Source: Hormiphora californensis (lineage: Eukaryota; Animalia; Ctenophora). From it: DNA of 64,000 nt. Numbering within the stretch: position 1 is the first letter of the stretch; the number at the start of each line of letters is the position of its first letter. Location of the stretch: positions 2,914,001 to 2,978,000 of the forward strand of contig CM035362.1 of NCBI GenBank assembly GCA_020137815.1, given 5' to 3'. The notes beneath the pieces are model-generated. The model searched no databases. It worked only from the letters and a program-made list of their open reading frames with translations, and was not told where the DNA came from. The translations under genes were made by a program, and so were the position numbers. This document shows, piece by piece, positions 60,760-64,000 of the stretch.

Positions 60760-61696
60760 TTGTGTATAATTATTATATGCCTCTTTGTCACACGTGTGTG
60801 TGTGTGTAGACCAGAGACCTGTTAATAATTGTGAGGGACCAAGTCAGACACTTGCTTTCAGCCGTCAGCCAATGATCTGACCGCTGTTCTTGCGTGCTCT
60901 CTGACGGAAATGATAATCATGGGTCTGGCACACAGTGTGGCCCAAAGTGTGGGCCCCACACCGTCCGTGTCTAGTAGATCCTCTAGTAGAGGGTACGGTA
61001 AGTTCCTCTGATCTCACTTTTTCTAAATACAAACTCTCCTTCTCACGCTCTGCCAAACACACACACTCTTTTCTATCGCTCTCTAACTCTCCCCTGCTGC
61101 ACTCTTTTTCTCCGCGTATATCTCTGGAGTCCCCTGTTGATCTCTCTTAAACACTAAAAACACACTTCCTTGCTCTCCATCTCTTTCTCTCCTCCTCTCT
61201 CTCCTCCTCTCTCTCCTCTCTCTTCCTCCCTTCCTCTCTCCTCTCTCTCCTTCTCTCTTCTCTCTCTCTCTCTCTCCCCTAATCTCTTTTCTGCCCCTCC
61301 CTTTTATCTCCCCCTTCAACTTCCTTCCTAACTTCCCTTTTCCCCAATTTTTCCTTCCCCTCCTATTTCTCTCTCTCCTTCCTCTCCTCCTCTATACTGC
61401 AACTCTCCGCCCTTCCCTCATCCCCTCCCTTCGGGTCAATCTCTCCCCTCTCTCTGGGGGTCTCCTGCACGTATCGCTGCAACGTGTACGATCATTACCT
61501 TGTTTCAACACGCTCTACACCCAGACAAGCACACACACAGACACACTGACACAGACACACACACACGCCAGGTATCAACATGACCAAGCAGTGCTAGTGC
61601 CTAGTGTTTAGTTAGTACTGTATCACGGTTTGGTTATTGATTATACTGGTAAAAATAGTTTCAATGCAAGAGAATTTTTATTTACTCGTGCTCGTG

Positions 61697-61947
61697 AGGG
61701 TGGTGTATCGTAGTACACTCCCTCTCAATGCACTAGGTCCCGGTTCGATCCTGGTCTAGAAATCGTTAGTCGACCAATTTATGATTGGTAGGGCTCTCTT
61801 AGAACCCAGAGCAACCGGAGGCGTATTTTTGTGGGGATAGCGCCTGACATCGCTGCGAGAAATCGTACCGGAAGGACCGTGGCCTGACGCGATTGAAAGG
61901 GTTCCACCCCCTGCAATGGATTTACTAGGGGCCTGCTTGCTTTTTTT
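61697..61947 (+). other. tRNA-derived SINE-like or Pol III-type sequence
   Basis: A-box-like TGGTGTATCGTAG (61701), B-box GGTTCGATCC (61742), GC-richer body ending in T7. No canonical cloverleaf. Confidence 0.4.
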
Positions 61948-63015
61948 GGTTCGTAACTAATTTTCATTATTACGTACTGTAATTCTACTGTCAGGCCAAT
62001 GCTCTGACCACAGTTCTCGCGCTTGAAAGAGATGCGAATAGGGGATCAGACCAATTCTCAGACAGATGTTCTATGTCTTTTTATCTTCCAATTTACCCAA
62101 AAATGACTTCTTTGTTGTGGGTAGGATCATAGAACATCAATCTTTTGGCCTAATCTAACCTTCATTCGATTTGGTGTCAGAGGAACATAGTTATGGAGCG
62201 TGTCAGAGACAGAGGAAGACAATGATAGATATAGACTAGAGAGAGAGAGGAGTTGCAGCTTCTCCCTACCTCTGTCCCCTTCTCGTAATAAGTGTCCCCG
62301 TCCTGGCTTGTTGAGTAATTGGGGTGGAGAATTCCTGGCGGCTACATGTTTGAGCTCCTATATCATTATCATAACAATAGGATCACTGTACCTCATGACA
62401 TGATAAAGCGATCCCACTAGCCGCCAAACATCAATCAATCCATTATAATAGTGCATCGAGCGATCACACTGACAGAGTCAATAGCGTAATACTCTATAGG
62501 GTGATATATCTCAGTTCTGTTATTACATGCCTTTTCGATCAAAACACATGATAGATCCTTGAGAGACAGAGGAGGAAGTGAGGTCAATTCCTTTATCTCC
62601 ATAACCAAATTGTCATCTCTTTACTAGACCAGAGATGTCTGTCAGAGCATTGGCCTGACCCTATTCTCGCCTGACCCTATTCTCGGAGCACGCGAGAACT
62701 GTGGTCAGAGCATTGGCCTGACAAATAGACGTATGATAAGACGGCCAAAGAATGCCCAGGCCCAAAGCCCAATGATCCCTGTTGATCTCACCCCTTACTC
62801 AACAAAATGATCCCTGATCTAGATTCTAGACCCAATGACCCCACGATTTGAGTCGAGAAAGGGAGAACAACTTGTGGTCACAAAGTGTCTACATGTATGT
62901 ATCACTATATTACTATATTACTATAGTGTGTGAGCTCTGTGTCCTTGCACTGATTTATGGACATGAGCCAATGGAGAGAAATAGAGAAAGGGACGATATA
63001 TAGATAGAGAGAAAC

Positions 63016-63092
<77 letters not shown>

Positions 63093-64000
63093 GAGCGCCC
63101 AGACAGGTGAGAAATAATTAACGGGTCTGCATATTCTAGAAACATTCCATTCACCGCCGTACAGCTGCGTATTGTTCTAGAACACTGTGATGTGATTGGT
63201 CACAATATGAGTATGACAGCGTGCCTTGCTCGAATCTATCTCTCCCTCCCTCGCTCGATCTACCTCTTTCTCTCAGTTTTCACTTTCTCCGGCCTCTCTC
63301 GCCCTTATGATCCGGGTTAAAACATACTGATCCTTCCAGATAGATCTCCTAACAATTATTCAAACTTTCATCAACGTAAAACTATTTATTGAGGATGCTT
63401 ATTGTATAATTGGGGAAATGAGCCATTCGAATTAAATTCAACTGTGGTGTCAATGCCACAGCCCCATTATAAGTCACCGTGTTTTGCTGACTAATATTAG
63501 TGCTAAATGTCCCCTCTCCCCAAGCTCCACTAGATGAACTCCATACCCGAGTAAGGGGTCACTTATTATTATAGCTCAACAAAGGGGTTTACTTGCTCAA
63601 CAATGACAAACTTCGGATTTATATCTGAGTTGAGAAAACGCTAGGACACCAGGAACCGACCGACACAAGTAAACAACCAATCATAACTCGTTATTTAGGT
63701 CACGTGACTGGTATCAGCCAATCAGGGACCAGTATTTCCTTATACGGTCGGTTCCTGTACTAGGACACTATATCGTCATGTGTCGGGTAGTCGCTCTGTG
63801 TCTGTCAGGCCAATGCTCTGACCACAGTTCTCGCGCGAGAATGGGTCAGGCCAATGCTCTGACAGCTCTGTGTTGAATAGTCGCAATAGTCAATACCATC
63901 CCCAACAAACTCTCAATATTCATTTATTTGTTACTCATATCAACAAACATTATCACAACATTAATATCATATTATCAATATCCCTGATGGTGTGTCCAGT

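Overview
Eukaryotic (animal) genomic DNA with short introns, abundant (AG)n microsatellites, an N gap (50314-50413) and several low-quality homopolymer-rich stretches. The repeat content is reminiscent of a ctenophore such as Pleurobrachia (from memory, unverified). Eight spliced genes could be reconstructed by eye: CUL4 (-, runs off the left edge), PSMD5 (-), SMG9 (-), RidA/UK114 (+), PABPN1 (+), a secreted Ig + C-type lectin protein (+), an SLC24/NCKX exchanger (-) and a frameshifted IPPK (+). Introns and spacers are packed with non-autonomous and often nested mobile elements. These include Helentron-like elements with covarying subterminal repeats, CAC-terminated foldbacks with 4-bp TSDs, a TAG-terminated foldback, and hAT-like and pogo/mariner-like MITEs. 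The most unusual observations are four: (1) a 1.18-kb retroelement encoding only an intact ORF1, inserted into a MITE; (2) three unrelated elements bounded by poly-G/poly-C tracts with 8-bp TSDs; (3) two divergent, tightly spaced gene runs with splice acceptors just before the ATGs (candidate trans-spliced operons); (4) the Ig-CTLD gene with tandemly multiplied splice sites. All calls are manual, and exon boundaries are approximate unless stated.
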